Shown here: positions 26,101 through 41,100 of the stretch, in pieces
How positions within the stretch are numbered: the first letter of the stretch is position 1
How the letters are laid out: each line of letters begins with the position of its first letter
Source of the DNA: the human T2T-CHM13v2.0 reference genome, Homo sapiens
Length of the DNA stretch: 64,000 nucleotides
Assembly: GCF_009914755.1 (NCBI RefSeq)
Contig: NC_060938.1
Direction: 5' to 3' (one strand)
The notes under the pieces: model-generated
Seen by the model: the letters and a program-made list of their open reading frames with translations, nothing else
Told to the model about the DNA's origin: nothing
Databases searched by the model: none
Made by a program: the position numbers and the translations under genes

Positions 26101-29100
26101 CTTCAAATCTATCCAAATGTCCACTTGCAGATTCAACAAAAAGTGTTTTTCAGAACTGCTCTATCAAAAGAAAGATCCACCTCTGTTAGCTGAGTTCACA
26201 CATCACAAACAAGTTTATGAGAATGCTTCTGTCTAGTTTTTATGTGAAGATATTTCCTTTCTCACCGTAGACCTGAAAGCTGTCCTAATGTTCACTTCCA
26301 GATACTACAGAAAGAGTGTTTCAAAACTGCTGTACGAAAGGGAATGTTCAACTCTGTGACTTGAATGCACACATCACAAAGAAGTTTCTGAGGATGCTGC
26401 TGTCTACTTTTTATACGTAATCCCGTTTCCAATGAAATCCTCCAAGCTATCTAAATATCCACTTGCAGATTCCACAGAAAGACTGTTTCAAAACTGCTCT
26501 GTCAATAGAAAGGTTCAACTCTGTTAGCTGCGTGCATATATCTCAAGGAAGATTCTGAGATAGCTTCTGTCTAGTTTTTATGGGAAGATATTTCCCTTTT
26601 CACCGTAGGCGTCAAGGCGCTCCAAATGTCCACTTCCAGATACTACAAAAAGACTGTTTCAAACCTACTCTGTGAAAGGGAATATTCAACTCTGTGACTT
26701 GAAAGCACATATCACAAAGAAGTTTCTGAGAATGCTTCTGTCGAGATTTTATATGAAGATATTCCCGTTTCCAACGAAATCCTGAAATCTATCCAAATAT
26801 CCCCTCGCAGATTCTACAAAAAGAGTGTTTCAAAACTGCTCTGTAAAAAGAAAGGTTCAACTCTGTCAGTTGAGTACACCCATCACAAACAAGTTTCACA
26901 GAATGCTTCTTTCTAGCTTGTAGGGGAAGATATTCCCTTTATTACCATGGGCCTCAAACCGTCCGAAACGTCCACTTCCATATACTACAAAAAGAGCGTT
27001 TCAAACCTCCTCTATGAAAGGCAATGTTCAACTCTGTGACTTGAATGCAGACATCACAGAGCAGTTTCTGAGAATGCTTCTGTCTAGATTTTATAGGAAG
27101 ATATTCCCGTTTCCAACGAAATCTTCACAGCTATCCAAATATCCACTTGCAGATTCTACAAAAAGAGTGTATCAAAACTGCTCTGTCAAAAGGAAGGTTC
27201 TTCTCTGTTAGGTGAGTGCATACGTCATAAAGGAGTTTCTGAGAATGTTTCTGTCTAGTGGTTATGGGAAGATATTTGCTTTTTCCCCGTAGGCCTCAAA
27301 GCGCTCCAAATGTCCACTTGCACATACTACAAAAAGAGTGCTTCAAAGCTGCTCTCTGAAAGGGAATGTTCAACTCTATGAGTTGAATGCATACATCACA
27401 AAGACGTTTCTGAGAATGCTTCTGTCTAGATTTGATATGAAGATATTCCCGTTTCCAACGAAATCATCAAATCTATCCAAATGTCCACTTGCAGATTCAA
27501 CAAAGTGTTTTTCAAAACTGCTGTATCAAAAGAAAGATCCACCTCTGTTAGCTGAGTTCACACTTCACAAACAAGTTTATCAGAAAGCTTCTGTCTAGTT
27601 TTTATTTGAAGATATATCCTTTCCAACTATAGACATGAAAGCTCTCCTAAAATTCACTTCCAGATACTACAGAAAGAGTGTTTCAAAACTGATGTATGAA
27701 AGGGAATGTTCAACTCTGTGACTTGAATGCACACATCACAAAGAAGTTTCTGAGGATGCTGCTGTCTACTTTTTATACGTAATCGCGTTTCCAACGAAAT
27801 CCTCCAAGCTATCCAAATATCCACTTGCAGATTCCACAGAAAGACTGTTTCAAAACTGCTCTGTCAATAGAAAGGTTCAACTCTGCTAGCTACGTGCATA
27901 TATCCCAAAGAAGATTCTGAGATTGCTTCTGTCTAGTTTTTATGGGAAGATATTTCCCTTTTCACCGTAGGCGTGAAGGCGCTCCAAATGTCCACTTCCA
28001 GATACTACAAAAAGAGTGTTTCAAACCTACTATGTGAAAGGGAATATTCAACTCTGTGACTTCAATGCAGATATCACAAAGAAGTTTCTGAGAAGGCTTC
28101 TGCCGAGATTTTCAAAGAAGATATTCCCGTTTCCAAGGAAATCCTGATATCTATCCAAATATCTCCACGCAGATTCTACAAAAAGAGTGTTTCAAAACTG
28201 CTCTGTAAAAAGAAAGGTTCAACTCTGTTAGTTGAGTACACACATCACAAACAAGTTTCACAGAATGCTTCTTTCTAGCTGGTAGGGGAAGATATTCCCT
28301 TTATCACCATGGGCCTCAAACCGTCTGAAACGTCCACTTCCATATACTACAAAAAGAGCGTTTCAAACCTGCTCTATGAAAGGCAATGTTCAACTCTGTG
28401 ACTTGAATGCACACATCACAGAGCAGTTTCTGAGAATGCTTCTGTCTAGATTTTATAGGAAGATATTCCCGTTTCCAACGAAATCTTCACAGCTATCCAA
28501 ATATCCACTTGCAGATTCTACAAAAAGAGTGTATCAAAACTGCTCTGTCAAAAGGAAGGTTCTTCTCTGTTAGTTGAGTACATACGTCATAAAGGAGTTT
28601 CTGAGAATGTTTCTGTCTAGTGGTTAAGGGAAGATATTTGCTTTTTCACCGTAGGCCTCAGAGCGCTCCAAATATCCACTTGCACATACTACAAAAAGAG
28701 TGCTTCAAAGCTGCTCTCTGAAACGGAATGTTCAACTCTATGAGTTGAATGCAAACATCACAAAGACGTTTCTGAGACTGCTTCTGTCTAGATTTGATAT
28801 GAAGATATTCCCGTTTCCAACGAAATCTTCAAATCTATCCAAATGTCCACTTTCAGATTCAACAAAAAGTGTTTTTCAGAACTGCTCTATCAAAAGAAAG
28901 ATCCACCTCTGTTAGCTGAGTTCACACATCACAAACAAGTTTATGAGAACGCTTCTGTCTAGTTTTTATTTGAAGATATTTCCTTTCTCACCATAGACCT
29001 GAAAGCTGTCCTAATGTTCACTTCCAGATACTACAGAAAGAGTGTTTCAAAACTGCTGTACGAAAGGGAATGTTCAACTCTGTGACTTGAATGCACACAT

Positions 29101-32100
29101 CACAAAGAAGTTTCTGAGGATGCTGCTGTCTACTTTTTATACGTAATCCCGTTTCCAACGAAATCCTCCAAGCTATCTAAATATCCACTTGCAGATTCCA
29201 CAGAAAGACTGTTTCAAAACTGCTCTGTCAATAGAAAGGTTCAACTCTGTTAGCTGCGTGCATATATCCCAAAGAAGATTCTGAGATTGCTTCTGTCTAG
29301 TTTTTATGGGAAGATATTTCCCTTTTCACCGTAGGTGTCAAGGCGCTCCAAATGTCCACTTCCAGATACTACAAAAAGAGTGTTTCAAACCTACTCTGTG
29401 GAAGGGAATATTCAACTCTGTGACTTGAATGCACATATCACAAAGAAGTTTCTGAGAATGCTTCTGTCGAGATTTTATATGAAGATATTCCCGTTTCCAA
29501 CAAAATCCTGAAATCTATCCAAATATCCCCTCGCAGATTCTACAAAAAGAGTGTTTCAAAACTGCTCTGTAAAAAGAATGGTTCAACTCTGTTAGTTGAG
29601 TACACACATCACAAACAAGTTTCACAGAATGCTTCTTTCTAGCTTGTAGGGGAAGATATTCCCTTTATCACCATGGGCCTCAAACCGTCCGAAACGTCCA
29701 CTTCCATATACTACAAAAAGAGCGTTTCAAACCTGCTCTATGAAAGGCAATGTTCAACTCCGTGACTTGAATGCAGACATCACAGAGCAGTTTCTGAGAA
29801 TGCTTCTGTCTAGATTTTATAGGAAGATATTCCCGTTTCCAGCGAAATCTTCACAGATATCCAAATATCCACTTGCAGATTCTACAAAAAGAGTGTATCA
29901 AAACTGCTCTGTCAAAAGGAAAGTTCTTCTCTGCTAGTTGAGTACATACGTCATAAAGAAGGTTCTGAGAATGTTTCTGTCTAGGGGTTATGGGAAGATA
30001 TTTACTTTTTCCCCGTAGGCCTCAAAGCGCTCCAAATGTCCACTTGCACATACTTAAAAAGAGTGCTTCAAAGCTGCTCTCTGAAAGGGAATGTTCAACT
30101 CTATGAGTTGAATGCAAACATCACAAAGACGTTTCTGAGAATGCTTCTGTCTAGATTTGATATGAAGATATTCCCGTTTCCAACGAAATCTTCAAATCAA
30201 TCCAAATGTCCACTTGCAGATTCAACAAAGTGTTTTTCAAAACTGCTGTATCAAAAGAAAGATCCACCTCTGTTAGCTGAGTTCACACTTCACAAACAAG
30301 TTTATCAGAACTCTTCTGTCTAGTTTTTATTTGAAGATATATCCTTTCTCACTATAGACCTGAAAGCTGTCCTAATGTTCACTTCCAGATACTACAGAGT
30401 GTTTCAAAACTGCTGTATGAAAGGGAATGTTCAACTCTGTGACTTGAATGCACACATCACAAAGAAGTTTCTGAGGATGCTGCTGTCTAATTTTTATACG
30501 TAATCCCGTTTCCAATGAAATCCTCCAAGCTATCCAAATATCCACTTGCAGATTCCACAGAAAGACTGTTTCAAAACTGCTCTGTCAATAGAAAGGTTCA
30601 ACTCTGTTAGCTGCGTGCAAATATCCCAAAGAAGATTCTGAGATTGCTTCTGTCTAGTTTTTATGGGAAGATATTTCCCTTTTCACCGTAGGCGTCAAGG
30701 CGCTCCAAATGTCCACTTCCAGATACTACAAAAAGAGTGTTTCAAACCTACTCTGTGAAAGGGAATATTCAACTCTGTGACTTGAATGCACATATCACAA
30801 AGAAGTTTCTGAGAATGCTTCTGTCGAGATTTTATATGAAGATATTCCCGTTTCCAACGAAATCCTGAAATCTATCCAAATATCCCCTCGCAGATTCTAC
30901 AAAAAGAGTGTTTCAAAACTGCTCTGTAAAAAGAAAGGTTCAACTCTGTTAGTTGAGTACACACATCACAAACAAGTTTCACAGAATGCTTCTTTCTAGC
31001 TTGTAGGGGAAGATAATTCCTTTATCACCATGGGCCTCAAACCGTCCGAAACGTCCACTTCCATATACTAAAAAAAGAGTGCTTGAAACCTGCTCTATGA
31101 AAGGCAATGTTCAACTCTGTGACATGAAAGCAAACATCACAGAGCAGTTTCTGAGAATGCTTCTGTCCGGACTTTATAGGAAGATATTCCCGATTCCAAC
31201 GAAATCTTCACATCTATCCAAATATCCACTTGCAGATACTACAAAAAGAGTGTATCAAAAATGCTCTGTCAAGAGGACAGTTCTTCTCTGCTAGTTGAGT
31301 ACATACGTCATAAAGAAGTTTCTGAGAATGTTTCTGTCTAGTGGTTATGGGAAGATATTTGCTTTTTCCCCGTAGGCCTCAGGGCGCTCCAAATATCCAG
31401 TTGCACATACTACAAAAAGAGTGCTTCAAAGCTGCTCTCTGAAACGGAATGTTCAACTCTATGAGTTGAATGCAAACATCACAAAGACGTTTCTGAGAAT
31501 GCTTCTGTCTAGATTTGATATGAAGATATTCCCGTTTCCAACGAAATCTTCAAATCTATCCAAATGTCCACTTGCAGATTCAACAAAAAGTGTTTTTCAG
31601 AACTGCTCTATCAAAAGAAAGATCCACCTCTGTTAGCTGAGTTCACACATCACAAACAAGTTTATGAGAATGCTTCTGTCTAGTTTTTATTTGAAGATAT
31701 TTCCTTTCTCACCATAGACCTGAAAGCTGTCCTAATGTTCACTTCCAGATACTACAGAAAGAGTGTTTCAAAACTGCTGTACGAAAGGGAATGTTCAACT
31801 CTGTGACTTGAATGCACACATCACAAAGAAGTTTCTGAGGATGCTGCTGTCTACTTTTTATACGTAATCCCGTTTCCAACGAAATCCTCCATGCTATCCA
31901 AATATCCACTTGCAGATTCCACAGAAAGACTGTTTCAAAACTGCTCTGTCAATAGAAAGGTTCAACTCTGTTAGCTGTGTGCATATATCTCAAAGAAAAT
32001 TCTGAGATTGCTTCTGTCTAGTTTTTATGGGAAGATATTTCCCTTTTCACCGTAGGCGTCAAGGCGCTCCAAATGTCCACTTCCAGATACTACAAAAAGA

Positions 32101-35100
32101 GTGTTTCAAACCTACTCTGTGAAAGGGAATATTCAACTCTGTTACTTGAATGCAGATATCACAAAGAAGTTTCTGAGAATGCTTCTGTCGAGATTTTATA
32201 TGAAGATATTCCCGTTTCCAACGAAATCCTGAAATCTATCCAAATATCCCCTCGCAGATTCTACAAAAAGAGTGTTTCAAAACTGCTCTGTAAAAAGAAA
32301 GGTTCAACTCTGTTAGTTGAGTACACACATCACAAACAAGTTTCACAGAATGCTTCTTTCTACCTGGTAGGGGAAGATATTCCCTTTATCACCATGGGCC
32401 TCAAACCGTCCGAAACGTCCACTTCCATATACTACAAAAAGAGCGTTTCAAACCTGCTCTATGAAAGGCAATGTTCAACTCTGTGACTTGAATGCAGACA
32501 TCACAGAGCAGTTTCTGAGAATGCTTCCGTCTAAATTTTATAGGAAGATATTCCCCTTTCCAACGAAATCTTCACAGCTATCCAAATATCCACTTGCAGA
32601 TTCTACAAAAAGAGTGTATCAAAACTGCTCTGTCAAAAGGAAGGTTCTTCTCTGTTAGGTGAGTGCATACGTCATAAAGGAGTTTCTGAGAATGTTTCTG
32701 TCTACTGGTTATGGGAAGATATTTGCTTTTTCACCATAGGCCTCAGAGCGCTCCAAATATCCACTTGCACATACTACAAAAAGAGTGCTTCAAAGCTGCT
32801 CTCTGAACGGGAATGTTCAACTCTATGAGTTGAATGCTAACATCACAAAGACGTTTCTGAGAATGCTTCTGTCTAGATTTGATATGAAGATATTCCCGTT
32901 TCCAACGAAATCTTCAAATCTATCCAAATGTGCACTTGCAGATTCAACAAAAAGTGTTTTTCAAAACTGCTCTATCAAAAGAAAGATCCACCTCTGTTAG
33001 CTGAGTTCACACATCACAAACAAGTTTATGAGAATGCTTCTGTCTAGTTTTTATTTGAAGATATTTCCTTTCTCACCATAGAGCTGAAAGCTGTCCTAAT
33101 GTTCACTTCCAGATACTACAGAAAGAGTGTTTCAAAACTGCTGTACGAAAGGGAATGTTCAACTCTGTGACTTGAATGCACACATCACAAAGAAGTTTCT
33201 GAGGATGCTGCTGTCTACTTTTTATACGTAATCCCGTTTCCAACGAAATCCTCCAAGCTATCCAAATATCCACTTGCAGATTCCACAGAAAGACTGTTTC
33301 AAAACTGCTCTGTCAATAGAAAAGTTCAACTCTGTTAGCTGTGTCCATATATCCCAAAGAAGATTCTGAGACTGCTTCTGTCTAGTTTTTATGGGAAGAT
33401 ATTTCCCTTTTCACCGTAGGCGTCAAGGCGATCCAAATGTCCACTTCCAGATACTACAAAAAGATTGTTTCAAACTTACTCTGTGAAAGGGAATATTCAA
33501 CTCTGTGACTTGAATGCCGATATCACAAAGAAGTTTCTGAGAATGCTTCTGTCGAGATTTTATATGAAGATATTCCCGTTCCCAACGAAATCTTGAAATC
33601 TATCCAAATACCCCTCGCAGATTCTACAAAAAGAGTGTTTCAAAACTGCTCTGTAAAAGAAAGGTTCAACTCTGTTAGTTGAGTACACACATCACAAACA
33701 AGTTTCACAGAATGCTTCTTTCTAGCTTGTAGGGGAAGATATTTCCTTTATCACCATGGGCCTTAAACCGTCCGAAACGTCCACTTCCATATACTAAAAA
33801 AAGAGTGTTTGAAACCTGCTCTATGAAAGGCAATGTTCAACTCTGTGACTTGAATGCAGACATCACAGAGCAGTTTCTGAGAATGCTTCTGTCCAGACTT
33901 TATAGGAAGATATTCCCGATTCCAACGAAATCTTCACAGCTATCCAAATATCCACTTGCAGATACTACAAAAAGAGTGTATCAAAAAAGCTCTGTCAAAA
34001 GGAAAGTTCTTTTCTGCTAGTTGAGTACATACGTCATAAAGAAGTTTCTGAGAATGTTTCTGTCTAGTTGTTATGGGAAGATATTTGCTTTTTCCCCGTA
34101 GGCCTCAGAGCGTTCCAAATGTCCACTTGAACATACTACAAAAAGAGTGCTTCAAAGCTGCTCTCTGAAAGGGAATGTTCAACTCTATGAGTTCAATGCA
34201 AACATCACAAAGACGTTTCTGAGAATGCTTCTGTCTAGATTTGTTATGAAGATATACCCGTTTCCAACGAAATCTTCAAATCTATGCAAATGTCCACTTG
34301 CAGATTCAACAAAGTGTTTTTCAAAACTGCTGTATCAAAAGAAAGATCCACCTGTGTTAGCTGGGTTCACACTTCACAAACAAGTTTATCACAATTCTTC
34401 TGTCTAGTTTTTATTTGAAGATATTTCCTTTCTCACCATAGACCTGAAAGCTCTCCTAATGTTCACTTCCAGACACTACAGAAAGAGTGTTTCAAAACTG
34501 CTGTATGAAAGGGAATGTTCAACTCTGTGACTTGAATGCACACATCACAAAGAAGTTTCTGAGGATGCTGCAGTCTACTTTTTATACGTAATCCCGTTTC
34601 CAAAGAAAACCTCCAAGCTATCCAAATATCCACTTGCAGATTCCACAGAAAGACTGTTTCAAAACTGCTCTGTCAATAGAAAGGTTCAACTCTGTTAGCT
34701 CCGTGCATATATCCCAAAGAAGATTCTGAGATTGCTTCTGTCTAGTTTTTATGGGAAGATATTTCCCTTTTCACCGTAGGCGTCAAGGCGCTCCAAATGT
34801 CCACTTCCAGATACTACAAAAAGAGTGTTCCAATCCTACTCTGTGAAAGGGAATATTCAACTCTGTGACTTGAATGCAGATATCACAAAGAAGTTTCTGA
34901 GAATGCTTCTGTCGAGATTTTATATGAAGATATTCCCGTTTCCAACGAAATCCTGAAATCTATCCAAATATCCCCTCGCAGATTCTACAAAAAGAGTGTT
35001 TCAAAACTGCTCTGTAAAAAGAAAGGTTCAACTCTGTTAGTTGAGTACACACATCACAAACAAGTTTCACAGAATGCTTCTTTCTAGCTTGTAGGGGAAG

Positions 35101-38100
35101 ATATTTCCTTTATCACCATGGTCCTCAAAATGTCCGAAACGTCCACTTCCATAAACTAAAAAAAGAGTGTTTGAAACCTGCTCTATGAAAAGCAATGTTC
35201 AACTCTGTGACTTGAATGCAGACATCACAGAGCAGTTTCTGAGAATGCTTCTGTCCAGACTTTATAGGAAGATATTCCCGTTTCCAACGATATCTTCACA
35301 GCTATCCAAATATCCACTTGCAGATACTACAAAAAGAGTGTATCAAAAATGCTCTGTCAAAAGGAAAGTTCTTCTCTGCTAGTTGAGTACATACGTCATA
35401 AAGAAGTTTCTGAGAATGTTTCTGTCTAGTGGTTATGGGAAGATACTTGCTTTTTCCCCGTAGGCCTCAGAGCGCTCCAAATGTCAACTTGCACATGCTA
35501 CAAAAAGAGTGCTTCAAAGCTGCTCTCTGAAGCGGAATGTTCAACTCTATGAGTTGAATGCAAACATCACAAAGACGTTTCTGAGAATGCTTCTGTCTAG
35601 ATTTGATATGAAGATATTCCCGTTTCCAACGAAATCTTCAAATCTATCCAAATGTCCACTTGCAGATTCAACAAAAAGTGTTTTTCAAAACTGCTATATC
35701 AAAAGAAAGATCCACCTCTGTTAGCTGAGTTCACACATCACAAACAAGTTTATGAGAATGCTTCTGTCTAGTTTTTATTTGAAGATATTTCCTTTCTCAC
35801 CATAGACCTGAAAGCTGTCCTAATGTTCACTTCCAGATACTACAGAAAGAGTGTTTCAAAACTGCTGTACGAAAGGGAATGTTCAACTCTGTGACTTGAA
35901 TGCACACATCACAAAGAAGTTTCTGAGGATGCTGCTGTCTACTTTTTATATGTAATCCCGTTTCCAACGAAATCCTCCAAGCTATCCAAATATCCACTTC
36001 CAGATTCCACAGAAAGACTGTTTCAAAACTCCTCTGTCAATAGAAAGGTTCAACTCTGTTAGCTGCGTGCATATATCCCAAAGAAGATTCTGAGATTGCT
36101 TCTGTCTGGTTTTTATGGGAAGATATTTCCCTTTTCACCGTAGATGTCAAGGCGCTCCAAATGTCCACTTCCAGATACTACAAAAAGAGTGTTTCAAACC
36201 TACTCTGTGAAAGGGAATATTCAACTCTGTGACTTGAATGCACGTATCACAAAGAAGTTTCTGAGAATGCTTCTGCCGAGATTTTATATGAAGATATTCC
36301 CGTTTCCAACGAAATGCTGAAATCTATCCAAATATCCCCTCGCAGATTCTACAAAAAGAGTGTTTCAAAACTGCTCTGTGAAAAGAAAGGTTCATCTCTG
36401 TTAGTTGAGTACACACATCACAAACAAGTTTCACAGAATGCTTCTTTCTAGCTTGTAGGGGAAGATATTCCCTTTATCACCATGGGCCTCAAACCGTCCG
36501 AAACGTCCACTTCCATATACTACAAAAAGAGCGTTTCAAACCTGCTCTATGAAAGGCAATGTTCAACTCTGTGACTTGAATGCAGACATCACAGAGCAGT
36601 TTCTGAGAATGCTTCTGTCTAGATTTTATAGGAAGATATTCCCGTTTCCAACGAAATCTTCACAGCTATCCAAATATCCACTTGCAGATTCTACAAAAAG
36701 AGTGTATCAAAACTGCTCTGTCAAACGGAAGGTTCTTCTCTGTTAGTTGAGTACATACGTCATAAAGGAGTTTCTGAGAATGTTTCTGTCTAGTGGTTAT
36801 GGGAAGATATTTGCTTTTTCCCCGTAGGCCTCAAAGCGCTCCAAATATCCACTTGAACATACTACAAAAAGAGTGCTTCAAAGCTGCTCTCTGAAAGGGA
36901 ATGTTCAACTCTATGAGTTGAATGCAAACATCACAAAGACGTTTCTGAGAATGCTTCTGTCTAGATTTGATAAGAAGATATTCCCGTTTCCAACGAAATC
37001 TTCAAATCTATCCAAATGTCCACTTGCAGATTCAACAAAGTGTTTTTCAAAACTGCTGTATCAAAAGAAAGATCCACCTGTGTTAGCTGAGTTCACACTT
37101 CACAAACAAGTTTATCAGAATTCTTCTGTCTAGTTTTTATTTGAAGATATATCCTTTCTCACTATAGACCTGAAAGCTCTCCTAATGTTCACTTCCAGAT
37201 ACTACAGAAAGAGTGTTTCAAAACTGCTGTACGAAAGGGAATGTTCATCTCTGTGACTTGAATGCACACATCACAAGGAAGTTTCTGAGGATGCTGCTGT
37301 CTAATTTTTATACGTAATCCCGTTACCAACGAAATCCTCCAAGCTATCCAAATATCCACTTGCAGATTCCACAGAAAGACTGTTTCAAAACTGCTCTGTC
37401 AATAGAAAGGTTCAACTCTGTTAGCTGCGTGCATATATCCCAAAGAAGATTCTGAGATTGCTTCTGTCTAGTTTTTATGGGAAGATATTGCCCTTTTCAC
37501 CGTAGGCGTCGAGGCGCTCCAAATGTCCACTTCCAGATACTACAAAAAGAGTGTTTCAAACCTACTCTGTGAAAGGGAATATTCAACTCTGTGACTTGAA
37601 TGCACATATCACAAAGAAGTTTCTGAGAATGCTTCTGTCGAGATTTTATATGAAGATATTCCCGTTTCCAACGAAATCCTGAAATCTATCCAAATATCCC
37701 CTCGCAGATTCTACAAAAAGAGTGTTTCAAAACTGCTCTGTAAAAAGAAAGGTTCAACTCTGTTAGTTGAGTACACACATCACAAACAAGTTTCACAGAA
37801 TGCTTCTTTCTAGCTTCTAGGGGAAGATATTTCCTTTATCACCATGGGCCTCAAACCGTCCGAAACGTCCACTTCCATATACTAAAAAAAGAGTGCTTGA
37901 AACCTGCTCTATGAAAGGCAATGTTCAACTCTGTGACATGAAAGCAAACATCACAGAGCAGTTTCTGAGAATGCTTCTGTCCGGACTTTATAGGAAGATA
38001 TTCCCGATTCCAACGAAATCTTCACAGCTATCCAAATATCCACTTGCAGATACTACAAAAAGAGTGTATCAAAAATGCTCTGTCAAGAGGACAGTTCTTC

Positions 38101-41100
38101 TCTGCTAGTTGAGTACATACGTCATAAAGAAGTTTCTGAGAATGTTTCTGTCTAGTGGTTATGGGAAGATATTTGCTTTTTCCCCGTAGGCCTCAGAGCG
38201 CTCCAAATATCCAGTTGCACATACTACAAAAAGAGTGCTTCAAAGCTGCTCTCTGAAACGGAATGTTCAACTCTATGAGTTGAATGCAAACATCACAAAG
38301 ACGTTTCTGAGAATGCTTCTGTCTAGATTTGATATGAAGATATTCCCGTTTCCAACGAAATCTTCAAATCTATCCAAATGTCCACTTGCAGATTCAACAA
38401 AAAGTGTTTTTCAGAACTGCTCTATCAAAAGAAAGATCCACCTCTGTTAGCTGAGTTCACACATCACAAACAAGTTTATGAGAATGCTTCTGTCTAGTTT
38501 TTATTTGAAGATATTTCCTTTCTCACCATAGACCTGAAAGCTGTCCTAATGTTCACTTCCAGATACTACAGAAAGAGTGTTTCAAAACTGCTGTACGAAA
38601 GGGAATGTTCAACTCTGTGACTTGAATGCACACATCACAAAGAAGTTTCTGAGGATGCTGCTGTCTACTTTTTATACGTAATCCCGTTTCCAACGAAATC
38701 CTCCAAGCTATCCAAATATCCACTTGCAGATTCCACAGAAAGACTGTTTCAAAACTGCTCTGTCAATAGAAAGGTTCAACTCTGTTAGCTGCGTGCATAT
38801 ATCCCAAAGAAGATTCTGAGATTGCTTCTGTCTAGTTTTTATGGGAAGATATTTCCCTTTTCACCGTAGGCGTCAAGGCGCTCCAAATGTCCACTTCCAG
38901 ATACTTCAAAAAGAGTGTTTCAAACCTACTCTGTGAAAGGGAATATTCAAGTCTGTGACTTGAATGCACATATCACAAGGAAGTTTCTGAGAATGCTTCT
39001 GTCGAGATTTTATATGAAGATATTCCCGTTTCCAACGAAATGCTGAAATGTATCCAAATATCCCCTCGCAGATTCTACAAAAAGAGTGTTTCAAAACTGC
39101 TCTGTAAAAAGAAAGGTTCAACTCTGTTAGTTGAGTACACACATCACAAACAAGTTTCACAGAATGCTTCTTTCTAGCTTGTAGGGGAAGATATTCCCTT
39201 TATCACCATGGGCCTCAAACCGTCCGAAAAGTCCACTTCCATATACTACAAAAAGAGCGTTTCAAACCTGCTCTATGAAAGGCAATGTTCAACTCTGTGA
39301 CTTGAATGCAGACATCACAGAGCAGTTTCTGAGAATGCTTCTGTCTAGATTTTATAGGAAGATATTCCCGTTTCCAACGAAATCTTCACAGCTATCCAAA
39401 TATCCACTTGCAGATTCTACAAAAAGAGTGTATCAAAACTGCTCTGTCAAAAGGAAGATTCTTTTCTGTTAGGTGAGTGCATACGTCATAAAGGAGTTTC
39501 TGAGAATGTTTCTGTCTAGTGGTTATGGGAAGATATTTGCTTTTTCACCGTAGGCCTCAGAGCGCTCCAAATATCCACTTGCACATACTACAAAAAGAGT
39601 GCCTCAAAGCTGCTCTCTGAAAGGGAATGTTCAACTCTATGAGTTGAATGCAAACATCACAAAGACGTTTCTGAGAATGCTTCTGTCTAGATTTGATATG
39701 AAGATATTCCCGTTTCCAACGAAATCTTCAAATCTATCCAAATGTCCACTTGCAGATTCAACAAAAAGTGTTTTTCAAAACTGCTGTATCAAAAGAAAGA
39801 TCCACCTCTGTTTGCTGAGTTCACACATCACAAACAACTTTATGAGAATGCTTCTGTCTAGTTTTTATTTGAAGATATTTCCTTTCTCACCATAGACCTG
39901 AAAGCTGTCCTAATGTTCACTTCCAGATACTACAGAAAGAGTGTTTCAAAACTGCTGTATGAAAGGGAATGTTCAACTCTGTGACTTGAATGCACACATC
40001 ACAAAGAAGTTTCTGAGGATGCTGCTGTCTACTTTTTATACGTAATCCCGTTTCCAACGAAATCCTCCAAGCTATCCAAATATCCACTTGCAGATTCTAC
40101 AGAAAGACTGTTTCAAAACTGCTCTGTCAATAGAAAGGTTCAACTCTGTTAGCTGTGTGCATATATCCCAAAGAAGATTCTGAGATTGCTTCTGTCTGGT
40201 TTTTATTGGAAGATATTTCCCTTTTCACCGTAGGTGTCAAGGCGCTCCAAATGTCCACTTCCAGATACTACAAAAAGAGTGTTTCAAACCTACTCTGTGA
40301 AAGGGAATATTCAACTCTGTGACTTGAATGCACATATCACAAGGAAGTTTCTGAGAATGCTTCTGTCGAGATTTTATATGAAGATATTCCCGTTTCCAAC
40401 GAAATCCTGAAATCTATCCAAATATCCCCTCGCAGATTCTACAAAAAGAGTGTTTCAAAACTGCTCTGTAAAAAGGAAGGTTCAACTCTGTTAGTTGAGT
40501 ACACACATCACAAACAAGTTTCACAGAATGCTTCTTTCTAGCTTGTAGGGGAAGATATTCCCTTTATCACCATGGGCCTCCAACCGTCCGAAACATCCAC
40601 TTCCATATACTACAAAAAGAGCGTTTCAAACCTGCTCTATGAAAGGCAATGTTCAACTCTGTGACTTGAATGCAGACATCACAGAGCAGTTTCTGAGAAT
40701 GCTTCTGTCTAGATTTTATAGGAAGATATTCCCGTTTCCAACGAAATCTTCACAGCTATCCAAATATCCACTTGCAGATTCTACAAAAAGAGTGTATCAA
40801 AACTGCTCTGTCAAAAGGAAGGTTCTTCTCTGTTAGGTGAGTGCATACGTCATAAAGGAGTTTCTGAGAATGTTTCTGTCTAGTGGTTATGGGAAGATAT
40901 TTGCTTTTTCACCGTAGGCCTCAGAGCGGACCAAATATCCACTTGCACATACTACAAAAAGAGTGCTTCAAAGCTGGTCTCTGAAACGGAATGTTCAACT
41001 CTATGAGTTGAATGCAAACATCACAAAGACGTTTCTGAGAATGCTTCTGTCTAGATTTGATATGAAGATATTCCCGTTTCCAACGAAATCTTCAAATCTA

